Assembly: GCA_023433465.1 (NCBI GenBank)
Contig: JAEZCR010000026.1
Span: 4,989-68,988 of the forward strand
Direction of reading: 5' to 3'
From: Pseudomonadota bacterium
Lineage (GTDB): Bacteria; Pseudomonadota; Gammaproteobacteria; Steroidobacterales; Steroidobacteraceae
DNA: 64,000 bases
Made by a program: the position numbers and the translations under genes. The notes under the pieces were generated by a model. It had not been told where the DNA came from. It ran no database searches and saw only the letters and a list, made by a program, of their open reading frames with translations. Every line of letters starts with the position of its first letter. Within the stretch, counting starts at the first letter, position 1. This document shows positions 1 to 10,564 of the stretch, one piece after another.

Positions 1-1181
1 ACGACGCGTACATGGCCGCGCAGCTCGACCGCAACGACATCACGCTGCTGAGGGGCCGCGCGAGCTTCGTTGCGCCCCAAGGGCGCGCAAATGAAGAACA
101 GCCCCACGAGCTCACCATGCGCCGCATCGACGGCTCGCAGTCCAGCATCCATGCGCCGATCGTCATAATCACGACGGGCTCGCGCCCACGCGTGCCGCCC
201 CAACTACCCATCGACCACGAGCACCTGCTCGACAGCGATTCGATCCTCTCGCTGGCCTATCTTCCGCGCAGCCTGCTGGTGCTCGGGGGCGGCGTCATCG
301 CGAGCGAATACGCTTCCATGTTCGCGGCGCTCGGCTGCCAGGTCACGCAGGCGGACGAGCTCGATCAGCCGCTCGCATTCCTGGATCCCGAGCTCACGGA
401 GTTCTACGTCGACGAGCTGCGCCGCAACGGCGGCGAATACCTGCCGAACGCCGAAGCCGTGAGCGCGCGCTTCGACGGCGTTTCGCAGGTGCGCACCGAA
501 TTCCGCGACGGCCGCGTCATCGTCTCCGACAAGGTGCTCGTCGCGCTCGGCCGAGTCGCCAACGTCGACACCCTCGATCTCGAGGCCGCGGGCATCAAGC
601 TCACCGCGCGCGGCCACGTGCAGGTCGACGAGAACCTGCAGACGACCGCGTCCGGCGTGTACGCCGCGGGCGACGTGATCGGTCCGCCCGCGCTCGCCTC
701 GGTGTCGATGGAACAGGGTCGGCGCGCGGCGTGCCATGCGCTGGGACTCCTGGTCCCGTCCGATCCGGTCTCGCGCCTGCCCTCCGGCGTCTACACGATT
801 CCGGAAATCGCGACTGTCGGCCTCGATGAACACGGCGCGCGCCGGCACTTCGGCGGCGCGCTCGTCGGCCGCGCGCGTTTCGAGGAGATCGCTCGTGGGC
901 ACATCAACGGCAGCGCGCGCGGCATTCTCAAGCTCATCGCCGACCCAGGCGGCCGCCGCGTGGTCGGCGTGCAGATCGCGGGAGATTCGGCGACGGAGCT
1001 CGTGCACATCGGGCAGATAGGCCTCGCGGCGGAGCTCGACGTCGATGCCTACGTCGACAACGTGTTCAATTTCCCGACGATGGCCGAGGCGTATCGAATC
1101 GCGGCGCTCGACATCGTGAAGCAGCGGGCGAAGCACATCACGGCGGACACCGTGGCCGACGCCGCCGCGGCGGTGCTGTAA
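1..1181 (+). CDS. sthA: Soluble (Si-specific) pyridine nucleotide transhydrogenase, 5' end outside window
   Basis: The frame stays open upstream of ORF 12..1181 to the window edge. NAD-binding GGGVIASEYASMF and FAD motif YAAGDVIG are present. The C-terminal FNFPTMAEAYRIAA matches the SthA/UdhA signature as I recall it. Confidence 0.75.
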   Translation, partial: DAYMAAQLDRNDITLLRGRASFVAPQGRANEEQPHELTMRRIDGSQSSIHAPIVIITTGSRPRVPPQLPIDHEHLLDSDSILSLAYLPRSLLVLGGGVIASEYASMFAALGCQVTQADELDQPLAFLDPELTEFYVDELRRNGGEYLPNAEAVSARFDGVSQVRTEFRDGRVIVSDKVLVALGRVANVDTLDLEAAGIKLTARGHVQVDENLQTTASGVYAAGDVIGPPALASVSMEQGRRAACHALGLLVPSDPVSRLPSGVYTIPEIATVGLDEHGARRHFGGALVGRARFEEIARGHINGSARGILKLIADPGGRRVVGVQIAGDSATELVHIGQIGLAAELDVDAYVDNVFNFPTMAEAYRIAALDIVKQRAKHITADTVADAAAAVL

Positions 1182-1287
1182 CGCCCTGTCTCCTGGCACT
1201 GCTCCGCACTGCGCGGGTCGCGGACTCCCTGAATCGCGGCACGACGGAAGCTCGTCAGGTGCCAGATTTTTGCTTAGGCTCGATTCC

Positions 1288-2040
1288 ATGGCCCAAGAGT
1301 CCGAGCAGTATGTACGAGAGATCAAACTACGGCGGGAACGAGTGACTTCGTTCGACCAGTATCCGTTCTCTCTCTCCGTCGCACGCAACCTTCACACACT
1401 CCCATTGCATCCGGCAGTGACTTTCATCGTCGGCGAGAACGGCAGTGGCAAATCTACGCTCCTTGAAGCGATCGCCGTGGCTTGGGGCTTCAATCCGGAA
1501 GGCGGTACCAGGAACTTCCGCTTTCAGACTCGCGGATCGCACTCGCACCTTCATGAGTATCTGACGTTGATCAAGGGAAGCCGCCGGCCAAGGGATGGCT
1601 TTTTCCTGCGGGCAGAGAGCTTCTTCAATCTCGCCACTGATATTGAACGCTTGGACGCCGAACCAGCCCCGGCGCCGCCGATCATCGATTCTTATGGCGG
1701 ACGCTCCCTCCACGAGCAATCACATGGCGAGTCGTTCTTCTCGTTGATGATGAACCGCTTCGGCGGCCACGCCTTCTATGTCCTCGACGAACCGGAAGCC
1801 GCGCTTTCGCCCTCACGCCAGCTGGCGATGATCGCGCGCATTCACAATCTCGTGCAGTCGCACTCGCAATTCGTCATCGCCACTCACTCGCCGATTCTCA
1901 TGGCATATCCGGAGGCGTGGCTGTATCAGATCACTCCAGATGGGCTTGCGCGCATCGAGTATCGACAAACCGAGCACTTCATCGTCGCAAAGCGATTCTT
2001 GAACGACCCCGAGGCGCAGCTCGATCGATTTTTGACGTAG
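1288..2040 (+). CDS. AAA/ABC-like ATPase (COG3910-type predicted ATPase)
   Basis: Walker A GENGSGKST, signature-like SHGES, Walker B FYVLDEPEAALS, and a D-loop/H-loop ATHSP. The ATG at 1288 is preferred over the TTG at 1270. Confidence 0.7.
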   Translation: MAQESEQYVREIKLRRERVTSFDQYPFSLSVARNLHTLPLHPAVTFIVGENGSGKSTLLEAIAVAWGFNPEGGTRNFRFQTRGSHSHLHEYLTLIKGSRRPRDGFFLRAESFFNLATDIERLDAEPAPAPPIIDSYGGRSLHEQSHGESFFSLMMNRFGGHAFYVLDEPEAALSPSRQLAMIARIHNLVQSHSQFVIATHSPILMAYPEAWLYQITPDGLARIEYRQTEHFIVAKRFLNDPEAQLDRFLT

Positions 2041-2056
2041 AAATCGCTCGGACGCA

Positions 2057-2533
2057 TCACAGGCCGAGATCACTCAGGCTCGGATGATCGTCGGGCCGCC
2101 TCCCCAGCGGCCAGCGGAACTTGCGCTCCGCCTCCGTGATGATCACGTCGTTGATGCTCGCGTGCCTGCGACGCATGAGGCCCAGTTCGTCGAACTCCCA
2201 GTTCTCGTTGCCGTAAGAACGGAACCAGTGACCGGAGTCGTCGCGCCACTCGTACGCGAAGCGCACCGCGATACGCGCGCCCTCGAACGCCCAGACTTCC
2301 TTGATCAGGCGGTAATCGAGCTCCTTCGCCCACTTGCGCTTCAGGAACTCGACGATGGCCGGCCGGCCCGAGAAGAACTCGGCGCGATTGCGCCACGCGC
2401 TATCTACCGTGTAGGCGAGCGACACGCGCTCAGGATCGCGCGAATTCCACGCATCCTCCGCGGCGCGCGCCTTCTGCGCCGCCGTCTCGCGCGTGAACGG
2501 CGGATACGGCGGTCGTCCCGCGGGCGCGTTCAT
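2057..2533 (-). CDS. DUF1348 / NTF2-like (SnoaL-fold) family protein
   Basis: 158 aa. The sequence [26 protein letters not shown]...[21 protein letters not shown] is typical of the DUF1348 family as I recall it. Confidence 0.65.
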   Translation of the reverse strand: MNAPAGRPPYPPFTRETAAQKARAAEDAWNSRDPERVSLAYTVDSAWRNRAEFFSGRPAIVEFLKRKWAKELDYRLIKEVWAFEGARIAVRFAYEWRDDSGHWFRSYGNENWEFDELGLMRRRHASINDVIITEAERKFRWPLGRRPDDHPSLSDLGL

Positions 2534-2534
2534 C

Positions 2535-4943
2535 TCAGAATTGCTGGCCGAAGCGGATGCCGACCGTGCGCGGCCTTGTCACGACCGAGTAGACGTGACC
2601 GCCGGCCTCGGACGCCACGCACAACGACACGTCGCACTCGGCGTATCGATACAGGTGCCCGCGCTCGTCGAACACGTTGTCGACGAACAGCTCGAAATTC
2701 CAGTTCTCCGCTGCCATGCCGAACGACAGATCGGTGAGCGTGTACGAGTCCTGCACCCCGAGCGCGTCCGCCTCGTAAGGCAGCAGCGCCGAGGTCGAAC
2801 TACCGTTGTGCACGCCGGAAACCTGCACGTGGCCATCGAGGCCCGCGATGGGAAACTCGTACCGGGCGGTCAGATTCGCCTTGAACTTCGGCGTCGTCGG
2901 CAGGCGTTGGCCATCCGGCGCGAACTCTTCCTCGGCGCATACGCCGCGCGGCAGCGGATCGCCATTCGGGTCCAGCGTCTTGCAGAAGTCCTCCGCGAGC
3001 TCCGCCTTCTGGACCGCGAATCCGCCATAGAGGGTCAACGCGTCGGTCGCCATCCACTGAACGTCGACTTCCACGCCTTGCAACTCCGCCTTGCCGGCGT
3101 TCGACACGTTCGTCAGACCGTTTTCACCGAGGAATGAGAATTGGAAGTCGTCCCACTTGCCCAGGTAGAAGGCGCCGTTGAATCGCAGCCGGTTGTCCGC
3201 CCACGAGGTCTTCCATCCCGCTTCGTAGTTGGTAAGGAAGTCCGCCTTGTACGGCGGGAACGTGCCGCGGCGGTTCACGCCGCCGGGGCGGAATCCTTCC
3301 GAGATGGTCGCGTAGAACATCGCATCGTCGGTCGCCTGGAACGACGCGTTGATGCGGAAGGTGTTGTCTTCCTTCGTCACCGTCTTGTCGAGATTCGTGC
3401 AGGGCGCGGTCTCGAACACCTGTCCGGTGTCGAAACACGAGAACTCGCCGGTTTCCGATTCGAAAGGATTCGTGATGCCGAAGCCGAAGAACCCTTCGAG
3501 CGAGTTCTCGTACTTGAAGAACCGCATGCCGCCGGTCAGCGAGAGCCGGTCCGTCGCGTCGAAAGTCACTTCACCGAACACCGCGTAGTCGCGGTCGACG
3601 CGCCATTGCTTCGTGAGCCAGAACGTGTCGTCCCAACCGGTCACGTCGCTGTCGTCGTTGAGCCCGGTGATGTTGTATTCCTGCTGGATGTCGTGCGTCT
3701 GCCGCTGGTAGAACAGGCCCGCGACGAATCGCACGCGGTTCTCCGACGGGCTCGAGATGCGCAGCTCGCCGCTCAGCTTCGTGTAACCGTCCTTGCCCTG
3801 GATGAACTGCGACGGATTGATGAGTTCGCCCGCGTTGTCGTAGAAGTACACGCCCGATCCATTGAGCGTGTCGTAGAAGAAGGCGTAGTCCGAATAGTCG
3901 GAGTTCGTGTCCACGTCGCGCTTGAGATAGGCGCCCGAGAACGTGACGTCGAAGTTGCTGATCTTGCCTTCGATCGCGAGCGCGGCCTGCATCCACTGGT
4001 CTTCGTAATCCTCCGGGTGGAAGTGCCCGACTTCCAGGTCGCCGAAGTTGTTGTCGCCCGCGTAGATGCCGTTGCCCGTGCGCTTCTGGGCCATCAGCGT
4101 CGGCGTGATGCTCCAATTGTCGTTGAGATCCACCTTGAGCGCGGCGCGCGCGCCGTAGGTGTCGGAGTCGTTGTAGTTGTCCTCGGCGAGCGAGTTGATC
4201 GAGATGCCCGAGGTCGGGAACGTGCGCGTGGTGGCGATGTTGTCGATGTAGCCGCCGTCGTGACGCGCCCAGCCGACGAGGCGGATGGCCGCGTTTTCGC
4301 TGATCGGAATGTTCACGAAGCCTTCGGCGACGTAACCCGGGTCGCCGTCGCCTACGAAGTTGGTCTCGATGCCATACCCGCCATCGAAGCCGCTCGGGTC
4401 CGGCTTGTTCGTGATGATGCGGATCGTTCCGGACTGCGAGCTCGCGCCGTACAACGTGCCCTGCGGTCCCGCGAGCGCCTCGACGCGCGCGATGTCGTAC
4501 ATGTGGACGTCGAGCGCGCCCTGGATCGTGGTGATCGGCTGCTCGTCGAGATACTGGCCGACGCCGGGCTGAGGCCCGGAGTGGGTGCCGTTGTCGCCGG
4601 CGGCCGCGCCGCGCATGAACACGCGCGCGTATCCGGGCGCCGCCTGCTGGAACGAAACACTCGGCAGGAACTTCACGAAGTCGTCGAAGCCCTTCACGCC
4701 GAGTTCCTGGAGGCGCTCGGTGCCGATGGCCTGGATGCTGAGCGGTACATCCTGCAGGTTCTGTTCGCGCTTGAGGGCGGTGACGACCACCTCCTCCATG
4801 CCGCGCATGGGCTCTTCCGCCTGTTGCGCCTGGGCGAGTGGCGATGCCGCGAGGATCGCGCTGGCGAGTGGAACCTGGGTCAGGAGCTTGCGGGCCTTCC
4901 GGGCCTCGTCACGTCGGATCTTGCGCAACTTGCTGCGAGTCAT
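2535..4943 (-). CDS. TonB-dependent outer-membrane receptor
   Basis: Signal peptide ...[15 protein letters not shown], plug-domain motifs ([18 protein letters not shown]), a long beta-barrel region, and a terminal aromatic residue (...IRFGQQF). M31 of the ORF is taken as the start; the alternative start is 5033. Confidence 0.85.
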   Translation of the reverse strand: MTRSKLRKIRRDEARKARKLLTQVPLASAILAASPLAQAQQAEEPMRGMEEVVVTALKREQNLQDVPLSIQAIGTERLQELGVKGFDDFVKFLPSVSFQQAAPGYARVFMRGAAAGDNGTHSGPQPGVGQYLDEQPITTIQGALDVHMYDIARVEALAGPQGTLYGASSQSGTIRIITNKPDPSGFDGGYGIETNFVGDGDPGYVAEGFVNIPISENAAIRLVGWARHDGGYIDNIATTRTFPTSGISINSLAEDNYNDSDTYGARAALKVDLNDNWSITPTLMAQKRTGNGIYAGDNNFGDLEVGHFHPEDYEDQWMQAALAIEGKISNFDVTFSGAYLKRDVDTNSDYSDYAFFYDTLNGSGVYFYDNAGELINPSQFIQGKDGYTKLSGELRISSPSENRVRFVAGLFYQRQTHDIQQEYNITGLNDDSDVTGWDDTFWLTKQWRVDRDYAVFGEVTFDATDRLSLTGGMRFFKYENSLEGFFGFGITNPFESETGEFSCFDTGQVFETAPCTNLDKTVTKEDNTFRINASFQATDDAMFYATISEGFRPGGVNRRGTFPPYKADFLTNYEAGWKTSWADNRLRFNGAFYLGKWDDFQFSFLGENGLTNVSNAGKAELQGVEVDVQWMATDALTLYGGFAVQKAELAEDFCKTLDPNGDPLPRGVCAEEEFAPDGQRLPTTPKFKANLTARYEFPIAGLDGHVQVSGVHNGSSTSALLPYEADALGVQDSYTLTDLSFGMAAENWNFELFVDNVFDERGHLYRYAECDVSLCVASEAGGHVYSVVTRPRTVGIRFGQQF

Positions 4944-5029
4944 CGTTGCTCCCCGTGCGTCTTCTTGTCTGTGGACGGACTTCAAGTCCGTCCCCGATCG
5001 CGGATCAGTGTATGCCTTTCCCTTCCGGA

Positions 5030-6994
5030 TCAAAACTGCGGAGTAGATGGATACCTCGACAGGACCTCACCCAATGCATCCTCGAGGGGCCCCAAAAATG
5101 GCTCGAAGTGTCTCCAGTGATCGACACCCTCGCGAAAAATCGGCTGGCGAACCTGTTCCGAGCTCGCCGTGCGCACTGCCCTACGATTTTCGTGAAACCT
5201 CAAAACCGCCTCTTCATAGGGCAACCCGCAGTAGGCGAGCAGCCGCCGGACCTCCGCATCCGTATCCTCGATCATGTTCTCGTAGAACACGCGGTGCACG
5301 CGTCCCGGCAACGCTTCGTCGAAATGCGCCATCAGCTCGACGTAATCGCGGTAGTAGCGGCCGATCTCCGTGAGGTCATACGTGAAGCTCTGGCCGCGCG
5401 CGAAGTGCTGTTTGAACCCCGAGAAGCAGCAGCCGAGCGGGTGGCGTCGGGCATCGATGATCTTGGCGTTAGGCAGCATCAGGTGGATGAACCCGACGTG
5501 CGCGAAGTTGTTAGGCATCTTGTCGATGAAGAAGGGCTTGTCCGTCTTGCGCTGGATGCGCGTCTGGCGGATGTAGCGCTCGCCGAGCGCACGCAGCTCG
5601 GCCGCGTCGAACTTCGCGAGCGCGCGTGGATAGGCGGCGCCCGGCTCGCGCGACGTCCTGTTGCCGACCATGCGCGCGAGCATCGCGACGTCGGGCAGCT
5701 CCATCGTGCCTTCAACCAGGGTGTGCGAGGCCAGGATCTGCTCGATGAGGGTCGAACCCGAGCGCGGCAGGCCTACGACGAAGATCGGATCGGGCGCTTC
5801 GAACCCCCACCCCGCGCGCTCGGCGAAGAGCTCGCGCGTGAAGAACTTCTTCGAACGTTGCACGTGCGCGGAATTCTCCGCGGCGTCGTAACGGATGACA
5901 CCGCGGCGCAGGCGGTTGCCTTCGGCGTAGTGACGGAAGGATTCGGCGTACTCGCCGGCGTCCTCGAGCACCTTGCCGAGCGAGAACTCGAAGTGAAAGC
6001 GATCCTCGGTAGTGAGGTCCGGGCGCGCGAGCTGCGTGCGCATGGCGTCGGCGTCCTCCGGCGTGAACCGGTACGTCTTGAGATTCGCGAGACTCCACCA
6101 GGCTTCGCCGAAATGCGGCGCGAGCGCGATGGTCTTGCGGTACGCGTCGATGCTCTCGGCGTTGCGCCCCGCCGTCTTGAGCGAATGCCCGAGGCTCATC
6201 CACACCTTGGGCTGGTTCGGATAGTCCGCGAGCACCGCCTGGTATTGCTCGATGGACGCGGCGTATTCGCCGATTCGCCCGAGGATCGCGGCCTTGAGGT
6301 TGCGATAGCCGGGATTACGCGGCTCCTCCGCCAGCAGGCGGTCGACCTCGGTGAGCGCCGCCTCGGATTTGTTCTGCCGGTGCAGCACCGTCGCGTAGTT
6401 GTGCCGCGCGGCCGCGAAGCCGGGCGCGAGCTCGAGACAGCGCGCGAGCAGGTTCTCCGCGTCGGCGTACCGGCCGATGCGCGCCGCGACTTCGGCGAGC
6501 ATGCGGATCGCGGCGACGTCGGTCGGATGCCGCTTGAGGAACTCGCGCAGCGTCGCCTCGGCGTCCGGAATACGGTTCTCACACAGCGCGGTGGCGGCGT
6601 AGACGAGCTGCGGATCGCGAGTCGAGTGGCGTATGGATTCCGCGTACGCGGCGTCCGCGGCCTCCTTCATCTCGAGCGCGGTGTAGTGATCGCCGAGTGC
6701 CCGCCACGCGTCGGGCAGCGCCGGACGGAAGTGCACCGCGCGCTTCAGCGCGGCGATGGCTTCGTCGCCGCGCCCCACGCGCCCCAGCGCGAGACCGGAC
6801 AGCGCCAGGGCATTCGGCTGATCGGGAAGAACCTTGAGGATCTCGTCCGCCTGTTCCGCCGCCGCGCGCGGATCGACGTCGAGGAGCCGCGCGGCGTTCG
6901 CGAGGGCGACGTCGAGGGTACCGGCGGGTTCCGTTGGGGCGGCGGTGCTCACGGTCGTTTGCGGCTGGATAGATCCTTGATCAGCTCGTACCAC
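5030..6994 (-). CDS. TPR-repeat protein fused to a PAPS-dependent sulfotransferase domain
   Basis: The N-terminal half is TPR-like repeats. The C-terminal half carries the 5'-PSB loop GLPRSGSTLIEQIL and a sulfotransferase core. An alternative GTG start at 6952 would overlap the upstream stop as GTGA. Confidence 0.75.
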   Translation of the reverse strand: MVRADQGSIQPQTTVSTAAPTEPAGTLDVALANAARLLDVDPRAAAEQADEILKVLPDQPNALALSGLALGRVGRGDEAIAALKRAVHFRPALPDAWRALGDHYTALEMKEAADAAYAESIRHSTRDPQLVYAATALCENRIPDAEATLREFLKRHPTDVAAIRMLAEVAARIGRYADAENLLARCLELAPGFAAARHNYATVLHRQNKSEAALTEVDRLLAEEPRNPGYRNLKAAILGRIGEYAASIEQYQAVLADYPNQPKVWMSLGHSLKTAGRNAESIDAYRKTIALAPHFGEAWWSLANLKTYRFTPEDADAMRTQLARPDLTTEDRFHFEFSLGKVLEDAGEYAESFRHYAEGNRLRRGVIRYDAAENSAHVQRSKKFFTRELFAERAGWGFEAPDPIFVVGLPRSGSTLIEQILASHTLVEGTMELPDVAMLARMVGNRTSREPGAAYPRALAKFDAAELRALGERYIRQTRIQRKTDKPFFIDKMPNNFAHVGFIHLMLPNAKIIDARRHPLGCCFSGFKQHFARGQSFTYDLTEIGRYYRDYVELMAHFDEALPGRVHRVFYENMIEDTDAEVRRLLAYCGLPYEEAVLRFHENRRAVRTASSEQVRQPIFREGVDHWRHFEPFLGPLEDALGEVLSRYPSTPQF

Positions 6995-8370
6995 ATCTTC
7001 AGGCCATCGTAGAACGACTTCACCGGGATACGCTCGTCGAGGCCATGCGCGAAGGCATCCTTGTCGCGAATGAAGGTGGGATCGACGCCGTACGTCGGGA
7101 TGCCCCCCGCGCGGAACACGAGACCATCGGTCGCGCCCGAGGCCTGCTGCGGAACGATCGGCACGCCGGGATAGTACTTCTGCACGACGCGGGTGACCGC
7201 CGCGATGACGTCCGGGCGCAGCGGCGACGCGTCGCTCGACATCGGCTCGTCGATGGTCGTCACTTCCACGTCCGCGCCCACGACGCGCGCGAGCTCCAGG
7301 CGCACGTCCTCGACCTTCACGCCCGGAAAGACGCGGCAGTTCACCACGGCGGTGGCGCGCTGGGGCAACGCATTGTTGGCGTGTCCGCCATCGAGCCGCG
7401 TCGCGACGCAGGTGGTGCGCGTCTGGCCGACGTAGGCCGGGTTCGCGGCGAGCACCGCCGCGGCCGCCTCGTCACGCGGATTCTCGGCGAACCTCGTCAT
7501 CGCCGCGCCAAGCTCACCCGGCGTCGTCTTTCCCGCCGCGCGCAGGCTCGCGATCGTCGTGTCGTTCCACATCACGGGGAAGCTGAAGTGGCGCAGCTTC
7601 TCGAGCGCAGCGGCGAGGTCGTAGATCGCGTTGTCGGCGCGCGGCGTGGAACTGTGGCCACCGGGGTTCCGGGTAGTTAGCAGGAAGTCGGCGTATGTCT
7701 TCTCCGCCGACTGCAACGCGAAATACAGCGGCTTGCCCGTTTCGTCATCCAGCGTGCCGCCGCCGCCATCAGCGTTGAGCGCGTATTCGGCGTCGATCAG
7801 CGCGCGGTGATCGCGGACCATCGCGACCGTGCTCGCCTGCGAAGTCTCCTCGTCGCCGCTGAAGTAGATGATGAGATCGCGCTTCGGCACGAACTTCTCG
7901 GCCTTGAGGCGCAGGAACACCGCCGAAAGCCCGGCGATGCCGTGTTTCACGTCGTAGGTTCCGCGACCGTAGAAGAAGCCGTTCTCCTCGACGAGCCGGA
8001 ACGGATCGCGCTTCCAGTCCGATGGCTTCGCGTCGACGACGTCCATGTGCGCGAGGAACAGGATGGGTTTGCCGCCGGAGCCATCGCCGCGGTACCGCAC
8101 GACCAGCGTCGCGGTCTTGTCGCCCGGCCTCTCGAACGGCACGACCTTGACGTCTTCGGCGGGAAAGCCCCCCGCGCGGAATTCGCCGGCGAGATATTCG
8201 GCCATCGCGGGTACCTGGTCCTTGCCGAGCACGGTCTGGAACGCGACGGTCCTCGCCAGGATTTCGCGCGCCTTGGCGTCGAAAGGACCGGATTTGTCGG
8301 CGGCGGCCGCGCCCGAGGAGAAAGCGACGGAGGAAGCCAGAACGAAGAAGGCGAGGATTTTCTTGTGCAT
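6949..8370 (-). CDS. Secreted M20-family metallopeptidase (ArgE/DapE/CPG2-like)
   Basis: The start is set at MHKKILAFFVLASSVAFSSGAAAA (signal peptide). Metal-ligand motifs AHMDVV, SGDEE and NADGGG are present. The 831-aa ORF extension upstream is Arg-rich and overlaps another gene, so it is not used. Confidence 0.8.
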   Translation of the reverse strand: MHKKILAFFVLASSVAFSSGAAAADKSGPFDAKAREILARTVAFQTVLGKDQVPAMAEYLAGEFRAGGFPAEDVKVVPFERPGDKTATLVVRYRGDGSGGKPILFLAHMDVVDAKPSDWKRDPFRLVEENGFFYGRGTYDVKHGIAGLSAVFLRLKAEKFVPKRDLIIYFSGDEETSQASTVAMVRDHRALIDAEYALNADGGGGTLDDETGKPLYFALQSAEKTYADFLLTTRNPGGHSSTPRADNAIYDLAAALEKLRHFSFPVMWNDTTIASLRAAGKTTPGELGAAMTRFAENPRDEAAAAVLAANPAYVGQTRTTCVATRLDGGHANNALPQRATAVVNCRVFPGVKVEDVRLELARVVGADVEVTTIDEPMSSDASPLRPDVIAAVTRVVQKYYPGVPIVPQQASGATDGLVFRAGGIPTYGVDPTFIRDKDAFAHGLDERIPVKSFYDGLKMWYELIKDLSSRKRP

Positions 8371-8393
8371 CGGAGACCCCGATTCGACTGGAG

Positions 8394-8909
8394 TCATCTT
8401 AGCCTTGCTTTGATGATCCCGTGCGCCGTGAACAGGGCGATGAAAGGCAGGAACGAGGACAGGAGGCGATTGCCGATGAAAGCCGTCGAGACGGCCGCGG
8501 CGACCAGCGTGATCCCGACGAGCAGCCATGACGCCCGGCGCACCGTGCGGGGCTCGGCATCGAGACCGACGTAGCCGTGCTTGTCGAACAATGTAAAGAA
8601 GAGTCCGGTCGCGAGCACCCAGTACATCATCGCCGTGCCCTCGAGCCGGCCGTATTCCGCGTTGATCCACGGCCAGCGCGTCAGCAGGCCGATGGTGCCG
8701 CTCACGAAATACAGCGCGATCCCGAGATAGATGCGGTTGAGGATCGCGCCACGGCGCACGAGCAGCGTCGTGCCGACGATGGCGAGCGCGGTGGCGGCGT
8801 AGTAAGGCAAACGCCATTCGACCTGCTCGCGTGGATCCGCGATCGCCATGTAGAGCAGGAAAACCGCGAGTGGAATCGCTTCGACGGCCCGCAAAGCGAA
8901 CGCCCGCAT
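8394..8909 (-). CDS. Small polytopic inner-membrane protein, function unknown
   Basis: About 171 aa with 5-6 hydrophobic segments, starting at MRAFALRAVEAIPLAVFLLY. Only the C-terminal part of ORF 8394..9296 looks protein-like. Confidence 0.5.
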   Translation of the reverse strand: MRAFALRAVEAIPLAVFLLYMAIADPREQVEWRLPYYAATALAIVGTTLLVRRGAILNRIYLGIALYFVSGTIGLLTRWPWINAEYGRLEGTAMMYWVLATGLFFTLFDKHGYVGLDAEPRTVRRASWLLVGITLVAAAVSTAFIGNRLLSSFLPFIALFTAHGIIKARLR

Positions 8910-9639
8910 GGAATATGATGCGGTCATGGAATCGACGGCGCCCGACTGGGTCTCCGAAACTCGCTTCGGTAAATGGTTTCTCTCCACGGAGACCTGGTTT
9001 CGATACGTTCTTTCGCAGGCCGTCGCGGACCTGCGGGTGCTCGCGGGACCGGATCTGCCTGCATCGTTCAACCGTCTCATGGACGTCGGCTGCGGGCAAG
9101 GACTCGCCTTCCAGCTCCTCGAAAAACATTTCGCGCCACGCGCGATCGTCGGCGTCGACGTCGATCCGCGCATGGTCGAGGAGGCCCGGAAAGCGGCGGA
9201 CGGATGCAAGGTTCCCGTCGAAGTACGCACCGGTTCGGTCACGAAACTCGAACTGCCCGATGAGTCGGTGGACGCGATCCTGTGCCACCAGCTCATCCAC
9301 CACGTTGCGAACCAGCAAGGCGCGCTGCGCGAGCTGTATCGCGTGCTGGCGCCGGGCGGCTATCTGTTCCTGTCGGAGTCCTGCGAATCGTTCATCAACA
9401 CCTGGACGGTGCGCTGGTTCTTCCGGCACCCGGAGGGCGTGCAACGGCCCGCGGAGGGTTACGTGAAGTTAGTGCGCGAGGCGGGCTTTCAGGTCGAGGA
9501 GCGCCACGTCCACACGTCCACGCCGTGGTGGTCGCTGTGGGATTTCGGGCTTACGCGCCGGCTCGGCCTCGTGCGCACTGCCCCTCTCCCCACCGAACTG
9601 CTGCTGGTTGCCAGAAAGGGGGCAGCCCCCGTTTCCTAG
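8908..9639 (+). CDS. Class I SAM-dependent methyltransferase
   Basis: Motif I LMDVGCGQG, and post-I/II motifs (VGVDVDP, DAILCHQLIHH). The last codons and the stop lie inside the palindromic element at 9617-9716. The start is uncertain (8908 or 8926). Confidence 0.75.
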   Translation: MEYDAVMESTAPDWVSETRFGKWFLSTETWFRYVLSQAVADLRVLAGPDLPASFNRLMDVGCGQGLAFQLLEKHFAPRAIVGVDVDPRMVEEARKAADGCKVPVEVRTGSVTKLELPDESVDAILCHQLIHHVANQQGALRELYRVLAPGGYLFLSESCESFINTWTVRWFFRHPEGVQRPAEGYVKLVREAGFQVEERHVHTSTPWWSLWDFGLTRRLGLVRTAPLPTELLLVARKGAAPVS

Positions 9640-9716
9640 CGAAAGGGGTCAGCCCTCGGCGAGCGACATTTTTGAGAAGGACTGACCCCTTTCGCTGGGA
9701 AATGGGGGCTGCCCCC
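9617..9716. repeat. Nested palindromic extragenic element, copy 1 (REP/MITE-like; probable terminator)
   Basis: Arms GGGGGCAGCCCCCGTTTCCTAGCGAAAGGGGTCAG (9617-9651) and CTGACCCCTTTCGCTGGGAAATGGGGGCTGCCCCC (9682-9716) are near-perfect reverse complements. Each arm also contains the sub-palindrome GGGGGC-A-GCCCCC. Confidence 0.85.
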
Positions 9717-9767
9717 ATTATTCTTGCGCCACGCCGCGCTCCCGCGCGGTGGTCTCGGAGGGCGCAG

Positions 9768-10517
9768 ATGTTTGGTCGCATAGCCAACCTGTTCAAAGGT
9801 TTCCTGTCACTGTTCGTTTCCGGCATCGAACGCCGTAACCCCGAGGCCCTGCTCGAGCTCGAGCAGGAAAACCTCCGCAAGCAGATAGGCAATTTCAACC
9901 AGGGGCTGGCCTCGCACGCGGGACTTTCCGAGCGGCTCATGAGCCAGGTCCGCAAGCTCGAGGCCGAGCAGCGCGACCTGCGCGCCAAGACCACCGCGCA
10001 CGTCCGGGCCGGCAACAATTCCGCCGCCGGCCAGTACGCACTGCGCCTGCAGTCCGTCGAGCAGCAGCTCGCCGAGAACCGCACGCAGCTCGAGGCCGCC
10101 GAGACGACCTACAAGAACCTCGTCAAGGCGCGCGACGTCGCCGTGCAGACCGCGCGCGCGAAGATCGAAAGCCTGAAGGGCGCCATCAACGACATGCGCA
10201 TGAAGCAGGCCATGGCCGAGATCCACGAGATGTCCGCCGGAATGATCACGAATATCGGCGGCTCCGGGGACACCCTGAATCGCCTCCATGAAATGGTCGA
10301 AGAGGAGCGCAACAAGGCCGCCGGGCGCGCCAGGGTCGCGCGCGACGCGGTCGACATGTCCCAGGTCGAGCTCAAGGAACCCGAGATGAACGCGCTCGCC
10401 GACCAGGCGCTCGCGGACTTCGCCGCGCGCGAAGGCATCTCGATCAAGGGCGCCGCGGCGCCGGCCGCGGCGGAGCGCTCCATGGGCGAGACCGAGAAAC
10501 CGCAAGGTCAGGGCTGA
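9768..10517 (+). CDS. PspA/IM30 (Vipp1/ESCRT-III-like) family protein
   Basis: 249 aa starting MFGRIANLFKGFLSLFVSGIERRNPEALLELEQENLRKQ. It is an all-coiled-coil PspA_IM30 type. The longer ORF from 9282 crosses the palindromic element and is rejected. Confidence 0.8.
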   Translation: MFGRIANLFKGFLSLFVSGIERRNPEALLELEQENLRKQIGNFNQGLASHAGLSERLMSQVRKLEAEQRDLRAKTTAHVRAGNNSAAGQYALRLQSVEQQLAENRTQLEAAETTYKNLVKARDVAVQTARAKIESLKGAINDMRMKQAMAEIHEMSAGMITNIGGSGDTLNRLHEMVEEERNKAAGRARVARDAVDMSQVELKEPEMNALADQALADFAAREGISIKGAAAPAAAERSMGETEKPQGQG

Positions 10518-10564
10518 CGGAGACGTTGGTAGTTAGCACGCCAGCGTCGCCGGGAGGTTGACCG

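Noticed and set aside
204-1388. Long antisense or out-of-frame ORFs throughout the window (for example 204..1388, 3141..5120, 4838..7012, 12974..14581, 22713..24962, 30184..31344, 53330..54919, 57557..59500, 62444..63832).
   Set aside because: They are shadows of clearly identifiable genes on the other strand or frame. They are Arg/Ala/Gly/Pro-rich, as expected for GC-rich DNA, and carry no recognisable motifs.
5030-8370. M20 peptidase, TPR-sulfotransferase and TonB receptor as a possible sulfated-peptide system.
   Set aside because: Only co-orientation and a possible GTGA coupling support linkage. No precursor peptide or exporter is visible, and such TPR-sulfotransferases are common next to unrelated genes. 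This is too speculative to report as a finding.
8907-8910. Divergent genes whose annotated start codons overlap (CATG shared by the minus-strand membrane protein and the plus-strand methyltransferase).
   Set aside because: Both genes have plausible internal alternative starts (minus-strand MAIADP..., plus-strand MESTAPDW at 8926). The overlap is probably an artefact of taking the longest ORF.
6949-9444. 831-aa ORF suggesting a giant peptidase fusion.
   Set aside because: Only the C-terminal 473 aa (from the signal peptide MHKKILAFF at 8370) looks like a protein. The upstream part is Arg-rich and overlaps a better membrane-protein gene and the divergent methyltransferase.
9282-10517. 411-aa version of the PspA ORF.
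   Set aside because: The N-terminal 162 codons run through the end of the methyltransferase gene and the palindromic element. The PspA-like sequence begins at the ATG at 9768.
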